Shown here: positions 14,186 to 27,666 of the stretch, piece after piece
Numbering within the stretch: position 1 is the first letter of the stretch
Layout of the letters: each line of letters starts with the position of its first letter
NCBI RefSeq assembly: GCF_009914755.1
Contig: NC_060935.1
Origin: the human T2T-CHM13v2.0 reference genome, Homo sapiens
Reading direction: 5' to 3' (one strand)
Length of the DNA: 64,000 nt
Notes under the pieces: model-generated
Told to the model about the DNA's origin: nothing
Database searches by the model: none
Seen by the model: only the letters and a program-made list of their open reading frames with translations
Made by a program: the position numbers and the translations under genes

Positions 14186-15149
14186 ATTTCTTACTATCAT
14201 GAGCTCTTAGAGAAAACACACTTTGTTCCTTTGTCCCTGTCTCCTATAATGCATAGAACAGTGTTTTACACATCATAAGCATTCTATGCATGATTATTAA
14301 ATGAATTTAATTTTATTTCTTATTCTATTTCTTCTCAAATAAAAATAGTTGGAGACTTTTGAAGACCACATACTAAATTTCTCTCTAAAGATTTAGCTAA
14401 CCCTCATAGTTGACAAACAGTAGAATGGCGCTGCTTCAGGCCAGAAAGCTCCTTAATAAAATCAAATGTTTAAGTACCTTCAGTGAAGGTTTGTCTAAAT
14501 GAGCCATAAAATTCCTAACACCGTGATAAGTGATAGGTCTTTATTTGAAGATAACCTTGTCAATAAACCAGCACTCCTTCTTTTTCTTATATGAACAGAT
14601 TATTAATGATATGTAAGCCAACTTTAATGTATACTACCATTCAGAAAAATTAGTTATTAGTAGGGTAAAACCTTCTATAGTGTAAAATATAAATAATAGA
14701 TAGTAATAATTATTATTATAAACAATTGATAAAGAATAAAGAATTATATACTGGTAATGGAAATCCAGAATATGAGATACTAAATCATCTCAGTTGAAGC
14801 AGACAGGCTTGAAAATCCTGGTCTTGTTGAATTGCTTACCACTGTTTAAGGAGTTGCAACCCCTAGGTTTAGCAGGCTTGGTAAGAACTCTACTAAAGTA
14901 ATGAAGAAGGTATCTGGACAGACTTCCTGGTTTAAGTTTTAGATAATGTATTTCCTAGCTGTATATGCCTGACCCAGTTACATACAAATCAGAAATCAAT
15001 GAAGCCCACATGCCCATTGGACCCCACTTGCCCCAAGGAGAGCACAAACTGGCGTGATACCAAAGCACTGCCTCTTCCATCATCTCAGCTATCTCAGTCT
15101 TCTAGGAAGGAGACAAATGAGCCAAACTGGGTTAGCTCAAGACTAAAAG

Positions 15150-15795
15150 CTAAGTAAAGCACTATTCTAAATATTCAATGGGTTATATCTTTTTCTGCTT
15201 AAAACCTTGCAAGGATATTTAGATAGATTGAAATTTAAAGTCCTCACAAGACCCCTAAAGCCATACATGAACCAGACCCCCTCTGATCCTTCTTCTTTGA
15301 ATTATTTTTTCTTGGTTATTCCATCTTAACCACTCTGGCCCACTTACCTCTCCTTGGATAGTACAGGTATTACCTCAGGCATGGCCCAGACTTTTGCTGC
15401 TCCCCTCAACCACCTCATGCTGGGAGTACTCTCAGCCAGCTATGCACATGGCCAACTCTCTCACCTCCTCTGCGTCTTCACTCCTAACTCTCCTTCTCAA
15501 GAAGTCTCTCCCAGATGGCTTTATTTAATTTGCAGTTCCCCTTCCCCACTCCCCCATGTTGCTGATCTCCATACTCTCTTATACTTAGTTTTCATCTTTT
15601 TTCAATAGTGCTCATTTTCTTCTAATATTTTATATAATTAACTTATTAACAATGCTTACAGTTTATTGTTTCTCTTCCCCTGGCAATCATAAATTCTACA
15701 AAGCAGTGCTTGTTTGTCCAAGGAGGTATTTCAAATGCCTCAGACAATATCAGTATCTAGTAGATGCTCAGTAGTATGCATTGAATAAAATAATG
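15150..15795 (+). mobile_element. L2a 3' fragment
   Basis: ctgcttaaaaccttgcaa...tttgctgctcccctc...tagtagatgctcagtagtatgcattgaataaa tail. Confidence 0.7.
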
Positions 15796-16381
15796 CATTA
15801 TTCCTCACGATCTTCATAAGACAAGTAACTATCCTCTTTTCCTAATGAAAAATTGCATGACAGAAAGATTCCATAACTAGATTTGTTGCTCAGCTTACCT
15901 GTAGTAGATCCAGGGCTTCAAGACAGGCAGGCTCTTAACTTCTACCCTTGATTACCCTATATGGCCTGCCTTTGTTCATGCTTTGCCATGTTTGTCTGGT
16001 TCTCTAGTTCTTTCACTAGATTTTAGTTTCTTGAGGGCAAGTTACCTCTATAGAACCTACCTCAGTGACCTACCAGGTACTGGGGAAGTAAATATTCAAT
16101 GTTTACTAAATTAAATAGCAAGTTACAACTAGGAAAATCTGACAAAGTAGAAAGACTTTGAAGCAAGTTAGATATAAGTCAAAATCATACTTTGGATATT
16201 TATTTGTTATATGCTGCTCAAAATATTACTTAACCTCTCTGAGCCTCACCTTCCTCATCTACACCATGGGACTGATATTACCTATGAAGATTATGCACAT
16301 AAGATAGAATTCATGTGTTATGTTTATTTTCATGTCAAGTAATTAGAATACATTTTGTTCCATTTGCTCTGGATTCTAAGT

Positions 16382-16903
16382 CAAAGGCTGGGAAACTTTT
16401 TATGTAAAAAACCAGATAGCAGGCCAGGTGCAGTGACTCACGCCTGTAATCCCAGCACTTTGGGAGGCCAAGCCAGGTGGATCACGAGATCAGGAGTCTG
16501 AGACCAGCCTGGCCAACATGGCGAAACCCCTTCTCTACTAAAAACACAAAAATTAGCTGGGCGTGGTGGCAGGTGCCTATAATCCCAGCTACTCTGGAGG
16601 CTGAGGCAGGATAACTACTTGAACCTCGGAGGTGGAGGTTGCAGTGAGCCAAGATCACACCACTGAACTCCAGCATGGGTGACAAAGCAAGACTCCATCT
16701 CGAGGGGAAAAAAAAAAAAAACCCAGATAGCAAATATTTTAGGCTTTACAGACAATTTCTGTTGAAATGATTCAGCCCTGCTGTTGTAGTGTGAAAGTAG
16801 CTATAAACAATACATAAATAAGTAGATATGGCTGTGTTCCAACAGACCTTCTCAAAAATGGTGCATGCCTGATTTTGCTTGGGGCCATAGTTTGCAAACC
16901 CCT
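16382..16903 (-). mobile_element. MER58A MITE split by an Alu
   Basis: aaactttttatgtaaa..ccagatagca|aatattttaggcttt...ggctgtgttccaa...gtttgcaaacccctg. Confidence 0.85.
16422..16718 (+). mobile_element. Alu (AluSg-like)
   Basis: Full Alu; TSD aaaaaaccagatagca / aaaaacccagatagca. Confidence 0.95.
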
Positions 16904-17799
16904 GTTCTAAAGCATGACACCTGGGGTCATTAGCTAAAAGAAATTCTCAACTAAAACTACTGGATTAAACATTTTAATATTGTTTATCATGTATTTATCC
17001 CTGGACACTGATGTCTTGTGTTGTAATTATAAATACTAATAATAGAAATGGGACAATTACAATTATCTTTGCAAAGAGTTTTACATACTCAAAATGTGCA
17101 TCCAGTTCAGCCTTTCATGTCAGGTGCTGAGCAGCACTTTAAAGATGTTTATCAGTATGAGCAGAATGGTTCATATTGAGTCCTTTTAAAATAGCCTCAT
17201 GACCGCAAGATGCTGACTTCTGGAGCTGAACCAGCCTAACCTGCCTTTCCCATTCTTGTTTCTGTGTGGTGCTACCTCAGGTGATTTGTCTATATCCTGA
17301 ATTTAAATCTTGTTTCCAATACTCCTATAATCCTCTCTTTACCTGACTTGTTCATCCCAGCATCTTGTTACTGACCTTGGCTTGACTGTTTCTCTAGTCA
17401 TTGAGTCCTAGATATCCCAAGGCCTTTTTCAAAAACAGCTACCCCCTGTCCAGCCTGTCCAGCATATTTTGTCACTTAGCAAGCTTGACAGCACTACTCT
17501 CGGGCTGTGAATTCCTTTTAGATCCTTATTCGTTTTAGGGTTAATTGAACTCCTTTGCCTTGTGTATAAGGCTCTGTGGGACTTGGCTCTAGTCATATTC
17601 TCAAAACTCCACAATATAGTAAGGCCCCTTTCACACGCCTTGTTGTTTTACACTTCCGTGCCTGCTATTCTCTCTGTGACACACTTTCCTTGTTTGAATA
17701 TTTGGCAAACTTCTACTAATCCTTCAAAAACGGGGATTGCTGAATCCTCCCTTGATTTTTCCCCATAAAAGTTCCCCTTTCCAACCATTATCACCCCTG

Positions 17800-18211
17800 T
17801 ACTCTGATCTCTAATCTCAGCAACAATCAGCCCCAGGAAACAAAACCAAAAGCTCTTCAGCAATTGACCCAGAACAGATAGGATTTGTTCAATGACTATA
17901 GCTTCCCTTATTTTTGCTTCTACCTCAGGACCAACCAGAAAAAGCCAGTATGTTCCCCAAACCAGTTACAGGGGATGCCCTGCTTCTAGTTAGTGCAACT
18001 GCAGCTTCTTCATGCCAACCACCTCCAATCAAAGCATACCTGAACCCTTCTCTTCTGTTCACTATGATGTTTTCCACTCCCCTGCCTACCTTTGAGTTTC
18101 TGGCTAACACAGTGATGATGGCTGATTCCCTTGCCTTAGGAAGCTCTGATAAAATAAGTGACAAAACAAGCTCTGCCTCTTCTCACATAGGTGTCTTCTT
18201 TTATTCCCACA
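17800..18211 (+). mobile_element. ERV1-class LTR fragment (MER89/MER90/MER110-like; family uncertain)
   Basis: ggctgattcccttgccttaggaagctctgataaa ... ggtgtcttcttttattcccaca LTR-type end in CA. Confidence 0.5.
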
Positions 18212-19799
18212 ATCCGTAGCACCAAGCATTATAAATATGTTCAATCTGCCCACACTGATGGGAAGAATATCAGGATAGGCAGTCATACTAAGTCTAGAAG
18301 CGTTCTGTGATGAAGCCTTTCTCTAAAACTTTCAGTACGATTAACCTAGGGACCAATCAGATCACACATCCGGTAGGATGTCTCATGAGCTAAATGGGAG
18401 CAGTGGACCAATGGAAATGGATATGTACAAAAGCAAAGAATAAGAGATACAGAGAAGAGAGCTGTAAAGTTACTGGGAAAGTCTTAAACATCCCTGTACT
18501 TTTGCTGTTATCACTGACCTTCTGATCTGCAAGGATGAATCAACTTATATAAAGGGCCTAGAGTGGGACAGATGTTTTAATGTTTTTTAAATAAAAGAAT
18601 AAACCCTCGAACATGAAAAGAATATGCATATTTGCACTTACTCTCATCTGGCTTTTTTCCTTTATTCTGCAATACAAAGCAATTTCACTTTAAGTTCTCT
18701 GTAATATATTTTATAAGACAATACCAAGGAAGCTTAATCTATTTTACACATGGAAGGGCAACAGAAAAGACTGATCATAATATGAGGAATAGGTGTGTCT
18801 CCAGGAGCATTACACCCAGCCATCAGTGCACACCAGTACACCTCTGATACCTGAAATTAATATCACAGCAGTGGGAAAGCTTAGTCATGCAGGCTGTGCT
18901 TCCTGCTGAAAGTAAAACCAACAAACTCAACACACACACAGGAGGTTGCCTTCAAATTTTAAGGACGATTATTGTTATCTGCCGTAAGTATGCCATAAGA
19001 ATATTGTCTCTCTCATTTATTGCATTGAAAAACCTTAATATTTTTCCTCATTTCTAGTGTGGCATCAAATATCAATTGTACCTATTTTGGCAGTGGATCA
19101 TATTAATTTAGGGAATGTGCTATGGAGCTGGAAACATGAATTGAATACCTCGTTCTAATCCTCAAATAAAGGACATGTTACTTATCAAACCTTTCGTTTC
19201 ATAATCTGTATGATGGGTATATTGACATCAATCTCTTGGGGAATATTGTGAGAATAATATTAGATAATATGTGAAAAATATTTAGTGTGCTATAAGATAA
19301 ATAATAGGATTCTTATTACTATATACTCTATGCATGTGACTATACATATATGACCATGTATACATTTACTATGTATACATGATATATATTTTAACATTTA
19401 GATTAGGCTTCCTCAAATTAACAGTTATGCTGTAAGATGTTCATGAATCTCAAAGGTACCTACATACCATATGCAACATATCAGATATAGTAAATTGAAC
19501 TATGAATGTGTATGGCAATACATTTTAAAACCACAATACCATTAATCAATAAGGATGTTTGGCAGACAATTGGGCTCACTAACTACCAAAGTAACCACTC
19601 TGCACACCACCTTCACAGTACGGAGAATTCACACTTCTACTTCAGGGAAATAAAACCTATTACTGTTCTCAGTGCTTTTTGATGTCACTATCGAATACTC
19701 AAATATGTAATTATTGGGTGATTCATGATTTACTTTATATTTCACACAACCTTGACTCCTCCTTCCTTTTCCTGAGGTTCTGACAGCCTGACTACAATG

Positions 19800-20520
19800 T
19801 CCTCAATGCTTCCTCTCAGAACTAATTCAAATTTCACCTCTGCCACAAAGACTTTTCTTTATTTGCTCTTTCCTCTGTGTTATCATGGCCCCTGCTTGTC
19901 CTTACGAAGGAGGATAAAACATTGATTTATGTTTTGCTAATTATTTTCTCACCTGCTAGATTGTGAGTTCTCTGAGGACAAGAGATGATGTTTTCTGTGA
20001 CTTTGTAGTAATAACAGCACAGTAACAGCAAGTCACTTTATTCGTTTATTCAGCAAGTTTGTTTGATAAAAGCTCATTAAATATCTACAACACGACAGGT
20101 GCTATGCTAGAAACATGGGTTTTGCCAGCAAATAAGACATGGCCCCTGCATATTTTCAGTTGAGCCAGGAAGATAAGCATTGGATAGGTAACTGCAGGCA
20201 TGATGAGGGGTAGGGAAAATGCAGTCTGAAGCTGAAGGGAAGGCAAGGTTGATGTCTTTAGGTGATGTTGGGAAGCGGTGTGCCAATCAGCAGGAATAGC
20301 ACCTAGGCAGAATTAATATTGTTGGAGCCAAGTTAAAACATCCAAGCGACATGTGATGGTGGCTCAGATCAGGATTATGTCAGAAGGGATAGAGAAGAAG
20401 AGGCAGGTTCAAAATATATTTAATGAGTAAAATGAACGGATTGTTTTGTTCATTTGCTGTGGGAGGTTGCAAGAGGTGGAAAGGAGTCAAGAACGAAACT
20501 TGGCTTTGAATTTGAGCAAC
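19800..20520. mobile_element. Tail-to-tail L2 fragments (+ then -)
   Basis: ctagattgtgagttctctgaggacaagag (+ end), then ttattcgtttattcagcaag...caggtgctatgctag...ggagtcaagaacgaaact (- strand). Confidence 0.6.
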
Positions 20521-21115
20521 TCTACCCTGACCCCAAAATTACTCTTTAAGGCTAGGCCAGATCCTGGCATTCCTATGATTACAGCTCTCCAAAGGCTCTC
20601 CTTGTTTTGAGAAAAGAGTCCAGATCTTTTGCATAGAAGGAAGACCACAGTCAGAACCCAGCCTCGATGTAGAATTTTGGCCTTTTTATTTCACCAGTGT
20701 CAAATTCTGTGAAGTTTTCCAAACTTGCTACATGGCTTATGCCTTCTATATCTGCCCATAATTTTCTCTCTTTCCTAAACTTACATTTTTTCATACTTCT
20801 GAAAATTCCAAAATTCCTTCAAAGCTCTCATCAGGTAACATTGCTTAAAACGTCTGTTAGCTTATTCCTTTCTATTGTTTTGTCTTTTTTTACTTTATGT
20901 GAGTTTATTTTACACTTATTGCATTTCATTAGAATACTGTGGTTGTTGCTGTTTTTGTTTATGTATTTTTAGCACAGATACTTTAATCTTTTAATGTCAG
21001 CAGATTTGAAAGTTTGTTTTGTTTTTTCCAGGCCTAGATGAAATTAGATGTTAGGGTATAGAAAACTGAAACGAGAACATTTTATACTTTTCCTTTTAGT
21101 TTAGAGAGCCAAAGC

Positions 21116-21155
21116 TGCGCGCGTGCACGCGCACACACACACACACACACACACA
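21116..21155. repeat. (GC)n-(CA)n compound microsatellite
   Basis: tgcgcgcgtgcacgcg followed by (ca)12. Confidence 0.95.
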
Positions 21156-22629
21156 ATTTTCTTTCAAAGTTCAAAAGTATTTTTCTAGCCTGAAGTAACC
21201 AACCTGGAAACAGAAAAAAATAGAAAGAAAAAAATAAGAATATATTAAGTTCATGTCACTATGCTAGATCTCATTACTCAAATTATCTCATTTTATCTTT
21301 AGAATGATCCTGTGAGGCTAGTTACACTAGTTCTGGGCAACACTCAATCTCTACCTTTTGGAAACCCTAGGGATCAATTTAGAAACCTTTGCAGTGGTGC
21401 TCACAAGAAACTAAACGACATTGCTCATTGTTCTCCCCAGTGCAGACCCCAAATGACTTCTTCCTTGTTTGATATTCTACGTTACAGGGAATGACATCAT
21501 TAAGCTGGCACTTGATTTATGCTGGGTAAAGGGGAAACTGTGTCAGAGATAAATTAGATTGCTGTCCTGTCACAATAAAGATCTCATCTTTCATTGTAAA
21601 GACTCCAAATTATTTCCAAAGCATCAGGGAAATGCACACAATGACAATAAACAAAAGGACAGCAAGACAAATTCTTGGGATTCTCGGAGCCAGTTCTCAA
21701 TGACCCTCTGCTTGCACAATGACGAATGTTCAAGCCTTCCTAGAGTATTATTTATCCAAAATGTTTTGCATTTTTTTGACTTTATGGACTTGGGAATTAT
21801 GACTTATTTGTCACTTCTGGAGAAAGACCTACCTTTCAGGCACCCATTTTCTTCATCTACATTATTAAAGATAACAATACCAATTGAAAAGCATGATTGA
21901 GAAGCTCAAATGAGTTTAGGAATATAAAACCAGCATAATGCATGACACAATTATTTTTATGTATTTAATGTTGGATTATCTGGAGTCTGAATTTTAAAAA
22001 GACTCGATATGCATATACATAACTAAGTAAAAAAAAACTGCATGCTAATTTTCACTACACTTTGGATGCAATTGGCTGCTAAACTGCAGCATTAACCTTT
22101 CACAGGACATGCTAGATTTATGGAGAAAGACCATCAGCAGCAGAGGCCATATCAACAATAAATGACTCCTTTGCCATGAACAAGCTAACTTAGTTTAGCT
22201 CAAATCCTAATAAAAAGTGTTTTTCCTTTTCTCCCCCCAAGCAAGCTTTTACGGAAAATTAGTAGCTGGAGAATATGACCAACAAAATCAGTTTCATTAT
22301 AAATGCTTTATAGTGAAATGTTCTTTACTTGAAGAAAATAAAAATGCCAAGGAAAATTATCTGACATTTATAACCCTTTCACTTCAAAATGCATGAGAAT
22401 TCTATATGGAAACATTAAAGGAATATGCTAATTCACCCTCTAAAGAACAAAGGAAAACCTGAATAAAAGGACAATGGCCTTCAGGCTTAGTGATAAGAAA
22501 AGTTAACAGTGACCTGAATGTCAATTTGTTGGACTATTTGTTCTTTGTTTTGAAGTTTTTATTTTTTTCTTTGTAGTTGGTTAGAAACTGAATTATAGCT
22601 ATGCCAATGACTTCTAAATTTATAATTTC

Positions 22630-24883
22630 AATCAATCAACAACTTCCCTTGAGTTTTAGATTCATTTCTGTCTTTTTCAAAACTCCACTTGGGCATTACA
22701 CAGTATTGTCAAAAGTTTAATCCAGCACTTTTTCCCCAAACCCTCCGTTATCTTACTTCATTTAAAGTTACCACCAAGCCATATTCTGTCAGTGATGCTT
22801 GATTTTCTTTATTCAACCATCCACATTCAATCACTACTCAAACCCACTTGATTCTTCTTCCTGAATATTCTGGAGTGGACCCACTTTCCTGCAACACCAT
22901 GACTGCTAGTCTTCCAACACACCGCTTCTCACCTTGACTACTGAAATAGTCTCTAACGTGCTCTCCTTGACTCCCCCTCAATTCACTCCATTCCCCTTGT
23001 CACACCTGAGCCAAGGCTCTTTCTAGAGTGTAAACGCAAATCTGTCCATAACTTCTCACTGTTTAAGTCCCTTCCAAATGTTCAAAGGAGAAATTTCGGA
23101 CTCTTTTACATGGATACATAATCTTGTCCCTGCCAGTCTTTCAACCTCAGTTACTCTTTCCATCAACCTTTTTACTTTTACCATCATTGCCATTTCCTTT
23201 AACTGCCATATTAGCTCTCATATTTCAGCCTTTCCAGTCACTATTCCTTCTATCTGAAGTGCCCTTCACAGCCCCTCTACTACCATTGAATAGTGACTGT
23301 TGAATAGTCACATTTCAACTTAGAGATTACTTTGTGAGGAAAGATTTCTCTGGTGCCACCCGTGGCCAAGTGAATTAAATGCCCTTTTTGTGTACTTCCA
23401 TAGAAATCTGACATTTCTCATAACATTTACAATTTTTTTTCATTTAATTATACATCTTCATTAGAGTGCAGATTTTCTGAGGGCAAGAACATCTGATGAC
23501 ATAATCACCCCAAGGCCTAGGACAGTATCCAGAACACATTTAAACATGCTCAATGTGTTAAATGTATACATGTATGTACAGTCTGAAATTTAGTCTCCTT
23601 CTGCACTGAGAAAATGGAAACAGAACAGAACTGCCACCCATCCCAACACTATCTATAAGAATCTACATGAATCTGTGCCACTCTACTTGGACTCCCCTCA
23701 GTTAAGCACTAGGACACTCATTCAATGACTTTGCCCCACATTCTCTTTCCCCTTTACTATTTGTTTTCACTATTAGATCATTCCCAAGAGTAAACAAATA
23801 TGTTATTATTTCTTCTCAAAATAAGCAAACAAGAGCCTTCTCCCTTTTCTTACATTTTCTGTTCTACTTACTGGCACATTTCTTACCTATTTATAATTCT
23901 TTGAAGGAGTTGTCTGTATTTACTCTCTCTAATTCATCTCCCTCTTATTTTATATCAAACAGACCCCATTTGGCACATTTCATCATTCTCTCTTCCTTCA
24001 GAGATTTTCATTTCTAGTTTTAAATACGCCTCCTACCCTCTGGTTAGTCCTCTTTCTCAGTTCCCTTTGCTGATTTTACTGCATCGAACTGAACTCTAAA
24101 AGCTGGTATGCCTTACGCCTAAGTCCTGACATCTGTCCACAAAATTTTAGAATGCTATATATGCCAACAATTCCCAAAATTGCATTTCTAGCCCAAAAGC
24201 CTTTTTCTTCTGAAATCCAGACTTGTGTAGCCAATGCTGACTCATTATTTCCAACGGAATACTAAAAACTCATGTCAAACTGCTGTACCAGAATTTTCTG
24301 TGCTTTAAAAAAACGTTTTACACACATGCTCTCCTCTATCTCAAGGAATGACAACTCTATCCATCCAGGTGCTGAGGTTAAAATCTTTGGAGTCATTCTT
24401 AAGGTCTCTCCATCTCCACAGACAAAAAATGCTTTTGGCTCTATCTTTAAAATATATACAGAATGTTACCACTTCTCACTGCTTCTACTGCTAGCGACTC
24501 TGACCAAGGCATCCTCAACTCTTACCTGGGTTATTGCATTAGATTCTTACCTAGTCTTCCTGCTGGTATATTTGTCCTGCTACAATCTATTCACACAGCA
24601 ACTGTATGATACTTTAAAATGTTAAGCTAGATTACCTCACTCCTCCTACCAAAATAAAAGTTAAAGTTTTTACCATAACCTTCAAGGCCATGGTATCTGG
24701 TCCCTGATTACCTCTGACCTCATCACCTATTATTTGTCCTCCTCGCTCATTCTGTTTTAGGAACACTAGCCTCCTTGTTTTTGCTTGCTCATGATAGGCA
24801 TATTCCTGCCTCAGGGTCGTCACAAAAGCTGTTCCATACGCTTGGAACACTCTTCTGCCAGGTTGCTATTCAAACATCATCTC
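22630..24883 (+). mobile_element. L2 fragments; the last L2a piece continues at 27667
   Basis: L2 RT/3' motifs (cattcaatcactactcaaaccc, gctgaggttaaaatctttggagtcattctt, gctgttccatacgcttggaacactcttc). Confidence 0.7.
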
Positions 24884-25615
24884 TTTAAGGAATCTCCACA
24901 CTGTTTTCCATAGTGCTTGTACTAGTTTACATTTCCACCAACCATGTAAAAGTGTTCCCTTTTCACCACATCCATGCCAACATCTATTATTTTCTTATTT
25001 TTTGATTATGGCCATTCTTGCAGGAGTAAGGTTGTATTGCACCGTGGTTTTGATTTGCATTTCCCTGATAATTAGTGATGTTGAGCATTTTTCCATGCTT
25101 GTTGGCCATTTCTTCTTTTGAGAATTGTCTATTCATGTCCTTAGCCCACTTTTTGATGGGATTGTTCGCTTTGTTCTTGCTGATTTGAGTTCTCTGTAAA
25201 TTCTGGATATTAGTCCTTTGTTGGATGTATAGATTGTGAAGATTTTCCCCCACTCTGTGGGTTGTCTGTTAACTCTGCTGATGGTTTATTTTGCTGTTCA
25301 GAAGCTCTTTAGTTTAAATAAGTCCCATCTATTTATCTTTGCTTTTGTTGCATTTGTCTTTTTGTTCTTGGTTATGAAGTCTTTGCCTACACCAATGTCT
25401 ACAAGGGTTTTTCCAATGTTATCTTCTAGAATGTTTATGGTTTCAGGTCTTTAAGTCTTTGATCCATCTTGAGTTGATTTTTGTGTAAGGTGAGAGATGA
25501 GGATCCAGTTTCATTCTTCTACATGTGGCTTGCTAATTATCCCAGTACCATTTGTTGAATAGGGTGCGCCCTTTCCACACTTTGTTCCTGTTTGCTCTGT
25601 TGAAGATCAGTTGGC
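24882..25615 (-). mobile_element. L1PB1-like, inverted 5' segment (twin priming)
   Basis: Antisense L1 ORF2 sequence (ORF 24987-25253 [19 protein letters not shown]); its L1-distal end abuts in consensus the start of the sense segment. Confidence 0.9.
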
Positions 25616-26172
25616 TACATTTGATCCAGCAATCCCACTACTAGTTACCTACTTAAAGGAAAAGAAGTCATTATATGAACAAGACACTTGCACACGCATG
25701 TTTACAGGAGCACAGTTTGCAATTGCAAAAGTATGGAACCAGCTCAAATACCCAACCGTCAATGAGGGGATAAAGAAAATCTGGTATATATACATATACT
25801 CCATGGAATACTACTTGGCCATAAAAAGGAATGAAATAATGCCATTCACAGCAACCTGGATGGAATTGGAGACTATTATTCTAAGTGAAATAACTCAGGA
25901 ATGGAAAACCAAATATCATATATTCTTACTCGTAAGCGGGAGCTAAGCTATGAGGATACAAAGGCATAAGAATAATACAAAGGACTTTGGGGACTTGGGG
26001 GAAAGCATGGGAGCAGAGTGAGGGATAAAAGATTACACATTGGATAGAATGTACACTGCTTGGGTTATAGGTGCACCAAAATGTCACAAATCACCACTAA
26101 AGAATTTATTTATGTAACCAAACACCACCTGTTCCCCAAAAATCTATTGAAATAAAAAATAAATTTAAAAAA
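25615..26172 (+). mobile_element. L1PB1-like 3' end with A-rich tail
   Basis: ORF 25611-25946 FDPAIPLL...MEYYLAIKRNEIMPFTATWMELETIILSE; L1PB1-type 3'UTR gagctaagctatgaggatacaaaggcataagaat...caccacctgttccccaaaa. Confidence 0.9.
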
Positions 26173-26432
26173 GAGTGAGTTTCAAGAGGAGGAAAAACGT
26201 TGAGAACATAAACATAGAATTAAAAAATGGTTAGATTGCATTTAGAAAATTGTCATATGTAGTCCTATATCTGCCTGTGAGCTGGCATTTATATTATTAT
26301 TACAGGTTTCCAAAAGTAAGTGCAACTTTAGAGTTTAGTGAGGCTAAATAAACTGAAACATGCCATATATTTTGATATGATTGTCCTTGAGAGCAGGCTG
26401 AGTGGTATTGAGTGCAATTTTACATTATGATA

Positions 26433-26786
26433 TGATACGGTTTGGCTGTGTCTCCACCCAAATCTCAACTTGAATTGTATCTCCCAGAATTCCCACGTGT
26501 AGTGGGAGGGATCCAGAGGGAGGTAATTGAATCATGAGGGCTGGTCTTTCCCTTGTTATTCTTGTTATAGTGAATAAGTCTCACGAGATCTGATGGGTTT
26601 ATCAGGGGTTTTTGCTTTTGCTTCTTCCTCATTTTCTCTTGCCACTGCCATGTAAGAAATGCCTTTTGCCTCCTGCCATGATTCTGAGACTTCCCCAGCC
26701 ATGTGGAACTGTAAGTCTAATTAAACCTCTTTTTCCTCTTAATCTCGAGTATGTCTTTATTAACAGTGTAAATTTGGACTATTACA
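26433..26786 (+). mobile_element. THE1A (MaLR) solo LTR
   Basis: tgatacggtttggctgtg ... ggactattaca; THE1A-type gggtttatcaggggttt; 5-bp TSD tgata (26428-26432 / 26787-26791). Confidence 0.93.
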
Positions 26787-26959
26787 TGATATGATAGCAG
26801 AGTCAGTCTGCCAAATGAAAAAAAAAATACGTTATTTTTAATATACATATACGTATACTTTTTTCAAAATCCAGTTGTATCATCCAATTAAATTATGATT
26901 TAAAGGTACCTGATAATTAATGGAGAAAAACATTAAAACAACATTTATAATATTACAAT

Positions 26960-27650
26960 AATTTTGATATTATTGTAAATATCAAAATGTGAAGTACTTA
27001 GGCATAAACGTGAAAAAAGCGAAACATCTGAAAACTACAAAATACTGCTGAAATAAATTACAAATAAATAAATGGAATTCACAAGTCATAAATCTCAATA
27101 TTGTTAAGATGTCTACTCTTCCCACATTGATCTATAACAGTCCCAATCAAATCATAGCTGGATTTCTTTTAGAAATTGACAAACTAAAATTCTGAAATTT
27201 ACATAGATGTGCAGAGGACCTACAACGGCAAGTTACTTTGAAAGGCAACAAATTTAGAGAACAGCACCTGGTCTCAAGACTTACAAAGTTATAGTTATTA
27301 AGACAATGTAGTACTAATATAGTTATATACATGTATATCAGCTAAGTCTTAATAAAGTTCTGAGACAATTCATGGACATAAAGATAACACTTTGAGCAAA
27401 TGCTCCTGAAACAATGAGGTAGCCCAGTGTGTGTTTGTGTGTATGCGTGTGGCTCAGTACTTCACACCTGAGAGGTATGAGTGTTCACTACAAAGAGGAA
27501 CTGGAAAGCTTTGGGCGTGTTGGACATGTTCACTCTCTCCTTCACGGTGATTGTTTAATGGGCACATGTATATGCTAAATTCGTCTCATTTAGACTTTAA
27601 ACATTGACAGTATGTTTGATATTCATTAAACATAAAGCTATAAAAATGTT
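26960..27650 (+). mobile_element. Old L1ME-like ORF2/3'UTR fragments (inside the putative transduced segment)
   Basis: ctgaaaactacaaaatactgctgaaa, ctcaatattgttaagatg, gaaattgacaaactaaaattctgaaattt. Confidence 0.65.
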
Positions 27651-27666
27651 ATCAAAAAAGAAAAAA

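Noticed and set aside
21303-21494. Acceptor-like site followed by a ~63-codon open frame
   Set aside because: Peptide not recognisable; consistent with chance.
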